Part shown: positions 1 to 13,049 of the stretch, one piece after another
How the letters are laid out: every line of letters begins with the position of its first letter
Position numbering within the stretch: the stretch's first letter is position 1
Source: Eledone cirrhosa
Taxonomy: Eukaryota
Length of the DNA: 64,000 nucleotides
Reading direction: 5' to 3'
NCBI GenBank assembly: GCA_964016885.1
Contig: OZ024742.1
Span: forward strand, 127,038,001-127,102,000
Notes under the pieces: model-generated
Told to the model about the DNA's origin: nothing
Databases searched by the model: none
The model's input: only the letters and a program-made list of their open reading frames with translations
Position numbers and translations under genes: made by a program

Positions 1-85
1 GTATGTAAGTATGTATGTATGTATGTATGTATGTAAGTATGTATGTATGTAAGTATGTATGTATGTATGTATGTATGTATGTATG

Positions 86-116
<31 letters not shown>

Positions 117-125
117 GTATGTATG

Positions 126-156
<31 letters not shown>

Positions 157-333
157 GTATGTATGTATGTATGTATGTAAGTATGTATGTATGTAAGTAT
201 GTATGTATGTATGTATGTATGTAAGTATGTATGTATGTATGTATGTAAGTATGTATGTATGTAAGTATGTATGTATGTATGTATGTGTGTATGTATGTAA
301 GTATGTATGTATGTATGTAAGTATGTATGTATG

Positions 334-364
<31 letters not shown>

Positions 365-365
365 G

Positions 366-396
<31 letters not shown>

Positions 397-681
397 GTAT
401 GTATGTATGTATGTATGTATGTAAGTATGTATGTATGTATGTATGTATGTATGTATGTGTGTATGTATGTAAGTATGTATGTATGTATGTATGTATGTAA
501 GTATGTATGTATGTATGTATGTAAGTATGTATGTATGTAAGTATGTATGTATGTATGTATGTATGTAAGTATGTATGTATGTATGTATGTAAGTATGTAT
601 GTATGTATGTATGTATGTAAGTATGTATGTATGTATGTATGTAAGTATGTATGTATGTATGTATGTATGTAAGTATGTATG

Positions 682-712
<31 letters not shown>

Positions 713-961
713 GTATGTATGTATGTATGTAAGTATGTATGTATGTATGTATGTATGTAAGTATGTATGTATGTATGTATGTATGTAAGTATGTATGTAT
801 GTGTGTATGTATGTAAGTATGTATGTATGTATGTATGTAAGTATGTATGTATGTGTGTATGTATGTAAGTATGTATGTATGTATGTATGTAAGTATGTAT
901 GTATGTATGTAAGTATGTATGTATGTAAGTATGTATGTATGTATGTATGTATGTAAGTATG

Positions 962-992
<31 letters not shown>

Positions 993-1075
993 GTATGTAT
1001 GTATGTATGTATGTAAGTATGTATGTATGTATGTATGTATGTATGTATGTATGTATGTATGTATGTATGTATGTA
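1..1075. repeat. (GTAT)n microsatellite with interspersed GTAA/GTGT variant units, running off the window start
   Basis: Directly visible tetranucleotide array. Confidence 0.98.
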
Positions 1076-1131
1076 TATAAATATATAAATATACATACAT
1101 ACACACACACAGAGACAGCGGCTCTCACACA

Positions 1132-1247
<116 letters not shown>

Positions 1248-1334
1248 CGAGTAAAATACCCTAAGAAACAAGAAAAAATGAGTAGCTGTAATTATTCATG
1301 GCGTTCTACTATAGTTACACAGCCATATATATAT

Positions 1335-1386
1335 GACAAGCTGAATGAGTTGGGGGTCCAAACCCAACGAAACTTAAGTACCTGTT
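1335..1386 (+). ncRNA. Minimal type I hammerhead ribozyme motif (PLE-type) with one extra core nucleotide
   Basis: GACAAG-CTGAATGA-GTTGGG(ggtccaaa)CCCAAC-GAAAC-TTAA-GTA/CCTGTT: 6-bp stem II, palindromic loop III, GUA site; stem I has one mismatch. Confidence 0.75.
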
Positions 1387-1408
1387 TATGTCACTGCTGT
1401 AATTATAC

Positions 1409-1468
<60 letters not shown>

Positions 1469-2139
1469 ATAATAATAAATTTGAAGACTAAAATCCAAAG
1501 AGGGATAAGGATAAATATATATCAAATATATAAGAACCGTAGAGCAAATATTTATATATATATATATATATATATATTGTAAGCAGGGAAAAGCGGACGT
1601 AAAATGATGATGATCATGATGATGATGATGATATAAATACAAATAAAATTATCGAGAATCGGAACTTCGGCCCACGAAATAACGAAAAACAATCTTCGAA
1701 ATGTGTGGCAAAGTGCTCAATGGTTCGGATAAACCAGAGCTATATACACTCATTGTGTTCTGAGTTCCAATCGCGCCGAAGTCAACCTTAATCGTTCCGG
1801 TTTTAAAAAAAGCTAGTAAAGTACTTTGGTTTGGTTTAATCGACTTTTTCTTCCACTCAAATTAATGGCATTGTACTAACAATGCTTATTATATTGGTTT
1901 TGTATAACATAACACATAACACTCCATGTGTTGAACAACATGCCTTCCAGTGTTTAGTTATAAACATTTTTATAAGTTTTGATTTCAAATCCCGGTGAAT
2001 TTGACATTATATGCCATCCTTATGCACTGGGTAATTGCTGGCCTTGTGCCTAAAGTAGAAACAATTATTTAGAAATAGAAATTTCACGTGAAGAACCGTT
2101 GCCCTATACACACAAACACTCCAGTCTACTCAGTAGACT

Positions 2140-2335
2140 TCTTGTAGATTATGATCTGAAAAGGTGTAGGGAATGTGGCAAGGAATGTGCAAGCATGGGA
2201 GGTCTTAAAACACATATGAGAATACACAGTCAGAACCAAGCAGTGGAAAGTCCCAGAGAAGCCTACAGTTGCCATGTGTGTGCCAGAGGATGCAAGTCTT
2301 TGGTTGGTTTAAAGAGCCACATTTACCACATGTGT
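2140..2335 (+). mobile_element. Two C2H2 fingers, probably the C-terminus of an RTE-clade LINE ORF (fragment)
   Basis: CRECGKECASMGGLKTHMRIH and CHVCARGCKSLVGLKSH; no TGEKP linker; resembles the C..C.R.C.S..GL.SH tail of RTE ORFs. Confidence 0.5.
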
Positions 2336-2429
2336 GCATCTCATCTTTTAGCATTTTATCAGGCGATGGCAATGTTCGAACACGAGTTTGCGGCCATCAT
2401 ATATATATATATATATATATACATTTTAT

Positions 2430-2490
2430 TATAGAAATGGCTCCTACAGGACTAGAACTATTTCATTCATTAGAAATCACCAGGAAAGTC
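2430..2490 (-). ncRNA. HHR family A copy (core CTGGTGA, A6 to G)
   Basis: Reverse complement CTTTC-CTGGTGA-TTTC(TAAT)GAAT-GAAATAG-TTCTAGTC-CTGTA/GGAG, homologous to 34194-34240; abuts (TA)n. Confidence 0.65.
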
Positions 2491-2603
2491 TCGCGGATTC
2501 TTTTTTTTTTTTTACGAATGTAATAAAATGAATGTTCCTATACTTTACTAACGTATTAAGTACCTTTTTTAACCGTGGTCGCCTCTTTATTTACATCGGG
2601 ATC

Positions 2604-2698
<95 letters not shown>

Positions 2699-3504
2699 CG
2701 ACAGTATTCCTCAAAATTGTATTGCCCTATGTGCCAATGTTAAAAAGTCATAGTTATCATAAAATCCATGTTCTCATTAATTTCTTCTGTATTCTATTTA
2801 CCGACAATCCATGACCTTTTCTAACTAATCTTTTTAATTAAAAGAATTTACCTTATTAACGATAATTTTGTTGAAATATCTTTCATTTGCAGCCATTTAT
2901 ATAACAAAAGAAACAAGCAGTGTAGGTGGAAGAGAACCAAGTATTGTAGTTCTGCTTTTGTGAACGCATAGGAATGTGATGTTAACCTGGAATAATTGCT
3001 ATTATTACTGGTTCATTAAAATCCTTTGTCATTAACTTATACTAATCTTTTCCTCAGATTGTTCTCCTAATTCTGTTTCAGTCGTTAGAAATAAGACTTG
3101 AATTAACTATACTTAATATAAAGAGACACGTTACTGACTGTCAAGTAAACAAATATATGTAGCATTTATTCTTAGAATCTCAAATCAGGACTGATTAAAT
3201 AGAACAATGATAAAAAGACTTCCCATCTGTAATAATCTCGATTGATAAAATTAATAACGGAAAAAAGTATTTACTAGTCAGAAAACATTTCATTTCATTG
3301 CATCTCATGGTCAGATTAAGATATCTTCCAAATATAGAACAATACCATAAAAAACAGCGGATCACTACATAAAATAGTTTTAAAAATCGGGACAAAAACC
3401 TACATTTAACAGACCCCTTTACTGATTTTCTCAACTATTATTTGTAATGATCTAATGATATAATGGTCATTTGCCTCAGGGATACTTCTTTTTTTTCTTC
3501 ACCC

Positions 3505-3960
3505 ACTTATTCCTGAGAGGGTCGTGGAGGCAGAGCCCTCAAACACTCCTTCCAGCGGGTCCTGTCAGAAGCAACCGTCTGAAACTGATCTGGTTGGATC
3601 CCCAAGCATGACCAGCCAAGCCCATTGATGTTATCCAGCCATCTTGCTTGGGATATCTTTCTATGTCTCTTGCCGGTTTATTTTCCCCGTAAAATCCGTC
3701 CAGTAATTCTTTCCTGAGACATTCTAACCATATGCTCATAATATCGGGGCTGTTATCTCTCAATCCGGTGGAGTAGTGGCTCTAACTGGAGTGACTCTCT
3801 GATCACCGACCTACGTACTTTATCGAGTAACGTTACTCCTAAGACCCTTCAGAGGAATCCTATTTCGGCTGCTTGTATTCGTGATCGTATTCTTTCGGTC
3901 ATTACCCAAGATTCATGACCATAAATAACGGTTGGCGCGAATACCGAATTGAAGGTACGA
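3505..3960 (-). mobile_element. RTE-clade (Expander/Rex3-like) LINE 3' fragment
   Basis: Minus-strand translation MTERIRSRIQAAEIGFL*RVLGVTLLDKVRRSVIRESLQLEPLL...WKECLRALPPRPSQE, with stops. Confidence 0.8.
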
Positions 3961-4329
3961 GTCGCGTCAAGGATGCACGCCTTTGAAATTTAAAATATTC
4001 CCAACAATAAACAACCATTTTCTTTATGAAAGTGAACATTTGAACTAGCTCTTTCTGTAATAAATAATCAGACATAATCCTTATATTTTCAATACAAAAA
4101 ACATTAATATTTAGATACGACTTTCTTTCTAGACAGTCCTACTTGTTTCAATCAGCTTTGCCCGATACACGGTATCATAAATGCTGACGTATTGCCAATG
4201 TTTTAATGGCCTCGATATTTCATATGACTATTGTGTGTGCTACCTACTCTCTCCTCCACCCTCGCGCTATACCATGCGACCCATTTGACTTGAATGGCAC
4301 GCCTAGTATCAAAATTGCCTTGACTGCTT

Positions 4330-4398
4330 CAGTAGTGCAGCCCGCCATGTGATAGGTCACATGTGGCCCACTGATAGAAAAATGTTGCCCATTCCTGC
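4330..4398 (+). mobile_element. hAT (Charlie-like) DNA transposon terminus
   Basis: ATGTGGCCCAC...AAAAATGTTGCCCATTCCTG end motif; similar end at 49545-49580. Confidence 0.5.
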
Positions 4399-4690
4399 TC
4401 TATACATTCAAATCTGTCAATCTCTCACGTATTTATTTATCTATCAAAATACTAGTCTTCATAATACTTCCCTTCTCTTAGTATAGCCACTGATTTCTCC
4501 TTACTACGTGACAGAGGGAGGGAGGAACCAGCAGACGAAAATATAGACACGTGACATATATTATTCAGTCTTTTATTCTTTTATTGGTTTCAGTCATTTG
4601 AGAGTGGGAATGCTAGGGCAGATATGTATGAACAAGTATATGCATGTATATGCTTGGTTGTATGTATATATATACATATATATATGTATA

Positions 4691-4747
<57 letters not shown>

Positions 4748-4751
<4 letters not shown>

Positions 4752-5074
4752 GTACGCCAGTATTCGCGGATATATGTTCCTGCAGCACCCACGAAGAATG
4801 AAAAACCGCGAATATTGGGCATTGTCCATAAAAATGCCTATAAACGTCAAAACATAAAGTAAAATATAGGCCGGCAAATACGGTATATTGTAATTAATAA
4901 TTTACCGTTAAAATTCATGAAAAAAAACATATATTGTCACGAAAAAAGCCATTAAAAGATCGTAGAAGATATTTACGATTCTGCGAATATGCGGTGGTTT
5001 CCACGAACAATTATTATTGAGGTTCTAAGGAAAATTCCGCGAATGCCGGAACCGCGAATATCGGGGTACACTGT
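4748..5074. mobile_element. pogo/Tigger-like MITE in (TA)n
   Basis: Degenerate TIRs GTACGCCAGTATTCGCGG ... CCGCGAATATCGGGGTACACTG with internal CCGCGAAT repeats; TA flanks. Confidence 0.7.
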
Positions 5075-5409
5075 GTATATATATATGGGATATATATATA
5101 TGATATATATATATATATAAATATATATATACATAAAATCTTAAAGCAACATTTCCAACGTTTCCCCATTGTAAAGTATAAATTCTATTATAGATGGACA
5201 CATATCTTGTTCGCTGTAGATCAATATATATTTATAATCTCGTGATATAAAAATATTTTACCAATCATAAAAATAGAAATTCTGGATTCACACACATACA
5301 CACTCAAACAGGCACACATATACATACATATATATGCGCGCATACATCGATGCTCTCCTTCCAAACCTCTTTCCCGATACACTCAGAAACTTATATTCTT
5401 TATAATAAT

Positions 5410-5593
5410 AATTGTTTCTACGTTTGGCACAAAGCCAGCAATTATCCCAGTGCATTACTGGTACTTTATGTTATCGACCTCGTAAGGATGAAAGGGAAAG
5501 TTAACCTCGGCGGGATTTGAACTCAGATCATACAGGGAGGTAACTCTATACTTCAAAGCATGGAGTCCGACCCTCTACCGATACTGCCAATCC
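5410..5593 (-). mobile_element. tRNA-derived SINE, major family (Meta/Sauria-like central domain)
   Basis: Head GGATTGGCAGTATCGGTAGAG...GAGTTCAAATCC, core AACTTTGCCTTTCATCCTTACGGGGTCGATAAAAT, ATT tail. Confidence 0.9.
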
Positions 5594-5677
5594 AGATGTA
5601 CAGCCATTTATTGTGTTTCTGTTTCTTTAATTCTTTTATTTTGTTAGGATAACTATAACCATTCTTTTACGATGTAT

Positions 5678-5708
<31 letters not shown>

Positions 5709-5720
5709 CGCACGCACGCA

Positions 5721-5761
<41 letters not shown>

Positions 5762-5766
5762 ACATA

Positions 5767-5804
<38 letters not shown>

Positions 5805-5819
5805 CACACACACACTCAC

Positions 5820-5854
<35 letters not shown>

Positions 5855-5939
5855 CATCATAAAATAATGGTTATAGTTATCCTAACAAAATAAAATAATT
5901 AAAAAAACAGAAAAACAATAAATGGCTGTACATCTAGCT

Positions 5940-6082
5940 AATTACGGCCCTTGCCATTCTGAGTTCAAATCCCGCCAAAGTTAACTTTGCCTTTCATCCT
6001 TACGGGGTCGATAAAATAAAGTATCAGTAATGTACTGGTTAATTGCTGGCCTTGTGCCAAAAGTAGAAACAATTATTATTAT
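5940..6082 (+). mobile_element. Major SINE family, 5'-truncated
   Basis: Same core and tail as the other copies. Confidence 0.9.
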
Positions 6083-6132
6083 AAACAATAGAAATTTCTG
6101 AGTGTATCGGTTTGGAAGGAAGGAGAGCATAT

Positions 6133-6305
6133 ATGAATTCTAATACACTCGCGCTCCATCTCGGTCTTCGAGACAACTTTATTTATTTATATATATATGA
6201 AGGATTCGGAAATTGATAATAAATTGAAGTAAAAACCAACAGGTGCGTGTATTTTTATTGGCAGCATCACCCTCCCAAAGTATGACAAATTATTAAACGA
6301 AGCAT
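6133..6305 (+). mobile_element. PLE terminal-repeat fragment, family E (inverted partner at 9115-9290)
   Basis: Shares CCCTCCCAAAGTAT(G/A)ACAA end with the HHR-bearing palindrome at 51893-52381; followed by (TATC)n. Confidence 0.65.
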
Positions 6306-6306
6306 A

Positions 6307-6344
<38 letters not shown>

Positions 6345-6345
<1 letters not shown>

Positions 6346-7589
6346 TGTCCAGCCAAAACGCTGACCAAAATGGAGCGGGTGCTCTTCCAATTCCTTTGGA
6401 AGAGGCGGGCTCCTTTGGTGAGAAGATCCATCTGCTGCCAACAACCTTCTAACGGAGGGCTGGGGATGCCGTGGCTGACGATGCGGAAACACGCGCTCAG
6501 GCTGCGGCATCTCTACGTATTCCTCACCGGACAACCGGTGTGGGCCCCGTTCGTGAGGCGAGCCTTCCCACGACTCGTCTCGCAGACCGAGCTGCAGTCC
6601 TGGGTCAAGCAAAGACCGAGGAAAATGGGCGACTGGCACATCGAATGTGCTCAGGCACTCACAGCCCTCTGGCAGGGGGACCCGGCGATCAGTGGGGACT
6701 CCACTTCGTCATTCTATAGAGCGTTGATCCGCAGCAAATGCGACGACGCGCTCGGAGAAACTCTAGGCGTAGAGGAAGATGAACTGGCCAGTCTGTTCGG
6801 TAGGACCTTCCGCCCGGGACCGATGCACAACTTCTAAAAGTCCCTGGCCTGGCAGTGCTACCGAGGAGCTCTACCAGTATGAGACAAGCTCTACAGACAT
6901 GGGCGCCCGGGCAGGGACCCTGCAAAAAAGATCTGTCCTAGGTGCGTGCGAGACGAAGAAACCGTCGCGCACGCATTCATACACTGCCCGGGCGTCACTG
7001 ACCTGTGGGGCTATGTAGAACGACTATTGTCGCGGGTGGGACCAATCCGGTTGACCACGGAGTCTATTGTCATGATCAAACCGCCACCCTCCTTCAAAAA
7101 CGAAGGAGAGGCGGTTTTCCTTTGTGTGATAGCTATGGCGAAAGAGGTTTTATGGTGGACAATGTTGAAAGGGCTGAGGTCAGACACCTTTCTCTCCGGC
7201 CAACAACTGATTCATTTTTCCAAATACCTCTTTGGAAGAAGAATCAGGATGGAGAGAGAGGTGCTGTGCCCCAGCAAGTTTTCTGAAAGGTGGGTGAAAG
7301 TGGCGAGAATGGCCCGAGTGGATGGGCCTTCTCTCTATATCAGCCTGTAGGTTGAGGAAAAAGAGGAAGAGAGGAAAGGGGTACAAACTCTTCATACTCC
7401 TGGAGATGAGGGTTGCACATTTTTTCGGGGGTATGTGTTACCCATATGAACTGTCTCTCCCTATTGGGGAAAATCGACTAAATTTTTAAATTGTATTTGT
7501 GATAATATTTTACACGTTTTTATTGTATGTAAACTTCCCCTTTTGTATTTGTCCCCTTCTTTTGTGCCCCTGTGGCTAATAAAGAAACA

Positions 7590-7590
<1 letters not shown>
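6345..7590 (+). mobile_element. Tx1/L1-clade LINE, 5'-truncated copy 1
   Basis: ORF2 C-terminal motifs FLWK, GGLGMP, CPRC..EETVAHAFIHCP; 3' UTR ends AATAAAGAAA; (TATC)n on both sides. Confidence 0.92.
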
Positions 7591-7638
<48 letters not shown>

Positions 7639-8712
7639 CTCAGTGAACCGGTGTGACTGTCGTTTGCGACACAAGCTCTCCCATAACTCGTCTCACTAAC
7701 AGAGTTGCACTCCTGGGTCAAGCGAAGGCCGAAAATGGGTGCCTGGCACCTCGAGTACCTACAGGCGCTCACAGCCCTCTACCAAGCGGAAACGGCAATC
7801 AGCGGAGACTCCACTTCGACATTCTATATGGGGGTTAGTGGAGGATAAGTGCGACGACGTTCTCGGGGAAACTCTAGGCATAGAGGAGGACGAACTGACC
7901 AGTCTGTTCGGGAGGACTTTCCGTCCGGGGCCTATGGATAACTTCCAGAGGTCTCTGGCCTGGCAGTGCTACCGAGGAGCTCTACCAGTTCGAGACAAAA
8001 TCTACAGGCACGGACGCCCTGACAAAGATCCTGCCAAAAGGACCTGTCCAAGATGCGAGCAGGACATCGAAACCGTTCTGCATGAAATTGTTCAGTGCCC
8101 AGGGGTAACCGACCTGTGGAATTATGTCGAACAGCTGCTGTCAAATGTGGGACGCATCCAGTTGTCAGCCGAGTCCATCGTGAGGATCACCTCGCCGACT
8201 TCATTTAAGAACGAAGTAGAGACGGTTTTCCTCTGTCTGGTGGCTATGGCGAAAGAGGTAATATGGTGGACGAGGTTAAAGGACTGAGGGCAAACACCTT
8301 TCTCTCCGGACAACAACTTATCCTCTTCTTTAAATACCACTTCAGAAGGAAGGTGAGAGTGGAGAGAGAGAGGTACTACACCCCAGTAAATTCGCTGAAA
8401 GGTGGGTGAATGTGGCAAAAATGGCGCAAGTGAATGGGCCTTCTCTGTATATAAACCTGTAGGTTGAGGAAGATAAACAGAGGGAAGACAGGAACACCTA
8501 CAAAACGTGTTCCTGGTGTTGAGGGTTGTTCTATCCACGGGGTGTAAAACAACCCTGCAGTAACGTTCCCCCCTACTGGGGATTTCAATTGTTATTTTAT
8601 TATATATAGTTTATTGTTATTTATTAATGTTAAAGTTATTTTTATGTAAAACCCCCGCCGTCACGTCTTGTAATGTCCCATTTTTTGTACGCCCCTGTGG
8701 CAAATAAAGAAA
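7639..8712 (+). mobile_element. Tx1/L1-clade LINE, 5'-truncated copy 2 (diverged subfamily)
   Basis: Homologous peptide TCPRCEQDIETVLHEIVQCP; ends AATAAAGAAA then GATATCTATA. Confidence 0.9.
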
Positions 8713-9114
8713 GATATCTATATATATGAAAAATATTTAACGTAAGATATGAGAAAATAAATCAATCTTAATTCAAAACAAGTCAAGAAGAAAAATGTTA
8801 TCCTCAGACTTTGTGTAATCTGGGGAAAAAACTAATAGTATCTTAACTCAAAATAAAATCAAGATGAAATACTTATCCGTCAATTTGGGAAAATCTTCAA
8901 ATGCACTATATAGTTTTAAAAAAACTATTTAACAAAACCTTTCAGTGTTGTTAGTCACGTTTAAATCGTTCATCAGTAGTGCTTAAACATATTAACTAAG
9001 AGGCTCTGTTAAAATATGCCAGAGGGGAATTTAAAAGCAGGCAAGTCAAACATCGTGTGGAATTGAAATAATAAAAACACACGTGGGGACCGACAGATAG
9101 TTAGATAGATAGAT

Positions 9115-9290
9115 ATATGTTTCGTTTTTTAATTTGTTATACTTTGGGAGGGTGATGCTGCCCATAAAAACACACGCACCTGTTGGTTTTCACTTCAATT
9201 TATTATCAATTTCCGAATCCTTCATATATATATAAATAAAGAAAGTTGTCTCGAAGACCGAGATGGAGCGCGAGTGTATTAGAATTCATT
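9115..9290 (-). mobile_element. PLE terminal fragment family E, inverted copy of 6133-6305
   Basis: Reverse-complement match with the same ATGAATTC breakpoint. Confidence 0.7.
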
Positions 9291-9384
9291 GAATAATGAA
9301 AAAAACTCAACGCAAAACAGCCGCTAAAACAGTAAAATGCCGTCAATGACAGCATTGAGTAAAGAAGAAGATGGAAAACATTGC

Positions 9385-11345
9385 CCAAGAGTGAAACAAG
9401 ACCTGGAATGCTCTTATTGTGCCTGCGGACATGTCAAACAACAGTAAGAAAGCATGGCCACTTATTCACAAGCTACGTGGTGATCCTAAAGCAGCTCTTC
9501 AGTACGCAAAAGTCACTACTAACCAAGTTGCCAACCAATTGCTAGAGAATGGAAAGAGTGGAAAGAGAGGGAAGACGAGCAAACTAAAAGGCAAGGAATA
9601 CACTGCGGACCCTGCTTTTACAAGACCCTTTATCATAGAAGAGCTGGAATCAGGAATCTCTACCCTCAAACCAGGGAAGGCAATTGGACTGGATAGCATC
9701 GCAACTGAACAGATCAAGCACTTCGATCATAAGGCAAAGATGTGTCCTCTAAAGCTCTACAATGAGTGTTTAACAACATACAAGCTCCCCAACATCTGGA
9801 AGAAAGCTCACATTATAGCACTGCTGAAACCTGGGAAAGATCCATCTGCTCCTAAGAACTTCAGACCGATCTCACTTTTGAGTCACACCTACAAGCTCTT
9901 TGAACGCCTGATACTCAACAGAATTGGCCCTTTTGTGGACGAACACCCATTCCTGAACAAGCAGCCAAATACTCAACCTCATCCATTACATCGAGGGCGG
10001 CTATGAGGAAGAGATAGTAACCGGTGTGATGTTTGTCGACCTCTGATCTGTCAACCACAGACGTCTCCTCAACAAGATCCTGGAGACCACAAGAGACACC
10101 TGTCTGACGGAGCTGATTGAAAGCAGACTTGAAAACAGACACTTCATTTATGAGCTAGGAGGGAAGAAAAGCACATAGCGAAGACTCAAGAATGGCCTCC
10201 CTCAAGGAAGTTTGCTTGCATCACTTCTTTTCAACCTCTACACCAATGACCAACCAAAAAGTGCAGACACCCGCCACTTCATCTATGCAGACGATCTTAG
10301 CATAGGTGCACTAGACACTGATTTCAAAATTGTGGAAGACTCTCCAATGCTCTGGAAGTGCTAACACCTTATTATGAAGAGAACCACCTGCGTGCAAATC
10401 GATCCTAGACACAGGTGAAACCATGAAACCAAGCGCCAACTGAAGGCCAACTGGTCAGGAACCCCCTTCAACACTGTGAGCACCTAGTCTATCTGGGTGT
10501 AACCCTGGACAGGGATCTCTCTTTTAAGATCCACATTGAGAAGACCAAGTGCAAAGTAAATGCGAGGAACAATATCATCCGCAAACTCACTGACACAAGC
10601 TGGGGTGCAAACCCACAGATTCTGAAGTCAACTGCACTAGCTCTCTGCTACTCAGCTACTGAGTATGCATGCCCAGTATGGTAGTGAGCTGTTCATGTCC
10701 AGAAGCTAGATCCTGCCCTCAATGCTAGCTGCCATCTCATCACAGGCTGCCTGAAATCTTCACCTAGGAACCGTCTGTATATCCTGGCAGACATAGCCCT
10801 ACCAGAGATACGACGAAGTGCAGCAAGCAAGAAAGAGCATCAACAACTGACTACAGATCAAAAACATCCTTTCTTTGGCCATTTGCCAACCAAAAGCCAC
10901 CTTAAATCGAGGAAAAGTTTCCTAAAGAGCGTCACGCTCCTTGGAACATCAAGTATAAGTAGTGAAAGAATCACTCGCTGGGAAGAAAAGCTTAACAACC
11001 ACCCAGCAGTAATAACAATGGAACTAAAGGCCAGCGAGGATCTTCCCCTTGGAGCAGATACAAACTATGCAGTGTGGAAATGCCTAAACAGATTAAGATC
11101 TGGTGTTGGATTTGCAAAAGTCACTCTCACAAAATAAGGATATTTAAAGGATGAGGACGTTGTGTGTGACTGCGGCATTGAACCACAGACTACGCAGCAC
11201 CTCCTGATATGCCCCTGTTGGAACACTCTTGCACAGCATTGCATTTGGCAGAGTTTAATGAAAAAGGAGAGCAATGTGGTCAGCTGTAACGGGACTACAT
11301 CTAGCCAAGCTTTGTAACTGATATTCTTGTGGACACGACAAGAAA
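9385..11345 (+). mobile_element. Vingi/Ingi-type non-LTR retrotransposon, 5'-truncated and degenerate
   Basis: RT motifs KPGKDP..KNFRPISLLSHTYKLFERL, GLPQGS, FIYADDL, YLGVTLD; tail LKSRKSF, WKCLNRLRSGVG, CDCG..QTTQHLL; 3' GGACACGACAAGAA; multiple frameshifts. Confidence 0.8.
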
Positions 11346-11349
11346 CATA

Positions 11350-11462
11350 GTCTCTGTTATAAATTTTCTTTTACACAAAAAACCCACACTGTATCGTCCT
11401 CTATCCCTTTTAATGTTTCCTTAATGTGAGCCCTGTGTGGCTAATAAAGGAAGTATTATTAT
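11350..11462 (+). mobile_element. Tx1-related 3' UTR remnant followed by (ATT)n
   Basis: GCCCTGTGTGGCTAATAAAGGAAG matches the Tx1 3' end GCCCCTGTGGCTAATAAAGAAA. Confidence 0.55.
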
Positions 11463-11882
11463 TTGCTTTGTCTTTCATTCTTACAGAGTCGATAAAACAA
11501 AGTACCAGTAACGCAATGGGACCGATTTAATCGACTTTCCCCTCTCCCCAAATTGTTGGCCCTGTGCCTATATCAGAAAACATAATAATAATAATTGTTT
11601 CTACATTTGGCACAAGGCCAGTAATTATCCCAGTGCATTTATTATTATTATTTGGTAGAAGTGTAGTGGATTGGCAGAATCGGTAGAGCTTCGGCCACCA
11701 TGCTTCACATCATAGTTACGGCCATTTACGTTCTGAGTTCAAATCCCGCCGAGGTTAGCTTTGCATTTCATCCTTACGGGTCGGTAATTAAAGCACCAGT
11801 AATGCACTGGGTTGATTTAATCGATTTTCCCCTCATTTTAAAATTGCGGGCCTTGTGCCTAAAGTAGAAACAATTATTATTT
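11462..11882. mobile_element. Cluster of major-family SINE pieces (+, -, +)
   Basis: Core and tail motifs at 11462-11585, 11590-11640 and 11665-11882. Confidence 0.85.
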
Positions 11883-12337
11883 GGTAGATGAGAAGGAGGA
11901 TAGTTAAATGAATGCAAAATATTCCAAATATAAAATCATACTTGTGGGTTGGTAATCTCTTTGTGTGTTTTGTAAGCAGGAATCCTATCTCTGCAAATAC
12001 CAAACTATACATTATATATCTACATGTGTGTATATGTGTGTATATGTGTGTATGTGTGTGTGTGTGTGTGTGTGTGTATTTGTGTATGTGTGAATGTATA
12101 TATATATATATGCACTTATATATACTGTATATATATGTACATACATTTGTATGAGGCTGGTTAATATATATGAATATATATATATGTGTGTGTGTGGGTG
12201 TGGGTGTGGGTGTTTTCTATTCATCTTTTTCATATATCCGTTATACCCCTCATTCTATAGTTATCTCTTGTTCTCTTTGTTCTTTTCTCTATCTCCGCCA
12301 TCCAAACTCACGCACTGTCCTATGGATGACACTATAC

Positions 12338-12840
12338 ATCACCACCACCACCACCACCACCACCACCAACATCAACACAACCAGCAATAACAGCACCACC
12401 ACCACCACCACCAACATCAACACAACCAGCAATAACAGCACCACCATCACCACCACCACCACCACCACCACCAACATCAACACAACCAGCAATAACAGCA
12501 CCACCACCACCACCACCACGAACATCAACACAACCAGCAATAACAGCACCACCACCACCACCACCACGAACATCAACACAACCAGCAATAACAGCACCAC
12601 CATCACCACCACCACCACCACCACCACCAACATCAACACAACCAGCAATAACAGCACCACCATCACCACCACCACCACCACCACCACCACCAACATCAAC
12701 ACAACCAGCAATAACAGCACCACCACCACCACCACCACCACCACCACCACCAACATCAACACAACCAGCAATAACAGCACGACCATCATCAACACCAACA
12801 CCAACACCAACACTATCAATAATACCAGTATCAACAACAC
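12338..12840. repeat. Compound minisatellite: (CAC)n + CAACATCAACACAACCAGCAATAACAG units
   Basis: About 8 units with variable CAC number. Confidence 0.95.
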
Positions 12841-13049
12841 TATGCACTATCTGGTCTAATAACAGACCCTTATTCCTCAGCGCCAGTAAATAAAAATCGA
12901 TATAGCACTATGTATCTATTTATTTACAACCTATATTGATAATCTAGTAATTATTGTTGGGACGATCATCGTGTTCTGTATTATGTAAATAAGTTGTTTC
13001 AGTTGCGCTGTTTGTTTGTATTTCAGTCGTTTTTATACCAAGATGCCCT

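Noticed and set aside
2099-2434. Host C2H2 zinc-finger gene
   Set aside because: No TGEKP linkers, the second finger is degenerate, and the frame runs into (TA)n; it fits an RTE C-terminus better.
8925-8985. Minus-strand CTGATGA...GAAA hammerhead
   Set aside because: Stem II does not close next to GAAA, and there is no UH before stem I.
12170-12859. Thr/Asn-rich mucin-like or Gly-rich ORFs
   Set aside because: Translation of a CAC-based minisatellite, open in several frames, starting in TG repeats.
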